This document shows, one piece after another, positions 63,225-64,000 of a stretch of DNA of 64,000 nt (the first letter of the stretch is position 1; every line of letters starts with the position of its first letter). Below the pieces are notes generated by a model. That model worked only from the letters and a program-made list of their open reading frames with translations, had not been told where the DNA came from and ran no database searches. The stretch spans positions 3,011,239-3,075,238 of the forward strand of contig OY970363.1 of assembly GCA_963718605.1 (NCBI GenBank), written 5' to 3'. This DNA comes from an uncultured Actinomycetes bacterium (lineage in GTDB: Bacteria > Actinomycetota > Acidimicrobiia > Acidimicrobiales > JACCXE01). Position numbers and translations under genes: made by a program.

Positions 63225-64000
63225 ATGAAGAAGCGCGCGCCCCTACCCGTGCCCTATGCGGTCGACCAGGTCGACCGTGTGCGCAAAGAGCGGTACTACG
63301 ACGAAGAGTTCTTTGCGCTCGAAGCGGAGCAGCTGTGGCCCCGCGTGTGGCAGATGGCGTGCCGGCTCGAAGAGATCCCCCAGCCGGGGGACTTTGCCGA
63401 ATACGAGATCCTCGACCAATCGGTCATCGTCGTGCGGACCGGCGACCTGGGCGTCACCGCGTTCCAGAACGCGTGCCGTCACCGTGGCGTGAAGGTTGCG
63501 GAAGGCCACGGCAACTGCGCCAGCAGTTTCATCTGCCCCTTCCACGGGTGGACCTACGCGCAGGACGGCACGAACACCTTCGTCCCCCAGAAGCGCATGT
63601 TCGCCGAGCACAACTTGCAGCCGACCGAGATCAACCTCACGCCGGTGCGCTGCGAGACCTGGGGTGGTTGCGCCTGGATCAACTTCGACCTGAAGGCGCC
63701 GCCGCTGCGCGACTGCCTCGAGCCCGCGGCGACGATTCTCGACGGCTGGAAGGTCGAGTCGCTGCGCACCGAGTGGTGGTACGCGGCGCGTCTGCCGATC
63801 AACTGGAAGCTGGCCCAAGCTGCGTTCCAAGAGCAGTACCACGTGGTGGAAGCGCACCCCCAGCTGGTGATTCCGAACATGCGCTACGGCGCGAAGGACG
63901 GCGCGTTCGAGGCGCGCAAGTTCGTCGACGCCGAGCTGCAGTACCTGCGCGAGATGAGCGAAGGCATGGCCGGGATGATGCATGCGAGCGACGTGAAGAT
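63225..64000 (+). CDS. Rieske [2Fe-2S] aromatic-ring-hydroxylating oxygenase alpha subunit, 3'-truncated by window edge
   Basis: Not in the ORF track (no stop in the window). My translation gives MKKRAPLPVPYAV...CRHRGVKV...CPFHGWTY...EQYHVVEAHP. Confidence 0.8.
   Translation, partial: MKKRAPLPVPYAVDQVDRVRKERYYDEEFFALEAEQLWPRVWQMACRLEEIPQPGDFAEYEILDQSVIVVRTGDLGVTAFQNACRHRGVKVAEGHGNCASSFICPFHGWTYAQDGTNTFVPQKRMFAEHNLQPTEINLTPVRCETWGGCAWINFDLKAPPLRDCLEPAATILDGWKVESLRTEWWYAARLPINWKLAQAAFQEQYHVVEAHPQLVIPNMRYGAKDGAFEARKFVDAELQYLREMSEGMAGMMHASDVK

Noticed and set aside
63243-63983. 246-aa minus-strand ORF
   Set aside because: It is a shadow ORF antisense to a clear Rieske oxygenase reading frame (CRHRG...CPFHGW) on the plus strand.

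Overview
High-GC (about 65% by eye) actinobacterial-type DNA, densely coding on both strands. I see five blocks. (1) nt 1-7005: the 3' end of a very large RHS/YD-repeat polymorphic toxin gene. It carries PA14 domains, an inserted array of PPC-like modules, an RHS core and an AT-richer 137-aa glycine-zipper-like toxin tip. It is followed by a candidate immunity ORF and a 549-bp in-frame relic copy of an internal part of the same gene. (2) nt 7006-26557: about 19.5 kb bracketed by two 162-nt direct repeats, each ending in an exact 3' half of a tRNA-Cys(GCA). It carries a tyrosine recombinase and a mixed small-molecule modification and export cargo: 2 GrpB, 2 APH-like kinases, GNAT, 2 methyltransferases, a fused ABC-2 exporter with TetR, MarR, VOC, a divergent MraY paralogue, a secreted HEXXH protease and HIT proteins. 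Several genes in it are decayed. I read this as an integrative island, probably one of a tandem series. (3) nt 26558-29930: three genes ending at a third, decayed tRNA-Cys-like relic. (4) nt 30029-50640: an accessory block. It holds a patatin-DUF3376-multiTM-CPBP protein split by a frameshift, followed by a tandem-cyclase STAND(AAA)-TPR protein. It also holds two giant genes, a 2057-aa C25/gingipain-like peptidase with PPC and 4 x 486-bp Ig/HYR-like repeats, and a 1404-aa secreted delta-60/TolB-propeller protein with near-perfect 60-nt tandem repeats. A second cyclase-STAND-TPR gene sits upstream of them. (5) nt 50727-64000: a catabolic cluster (SDRs, F420/LLM oxidoreductase, fused E1 alpha-beta, acyl-CoA dehydrogenase, BVMO, cyclase-family hydrolase, amidohydrolase, TetR, SnoaL-like, Rieske oxygenase). 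A 20-bp palindrome is shared by its divergent promoters. No rRNA, intact tRNA or CRISPR array was seen. All family calls come from motif recognition by eye, not from searches. Most short and antisense ORFs in the supplied track are high-GC shadow ORFs.
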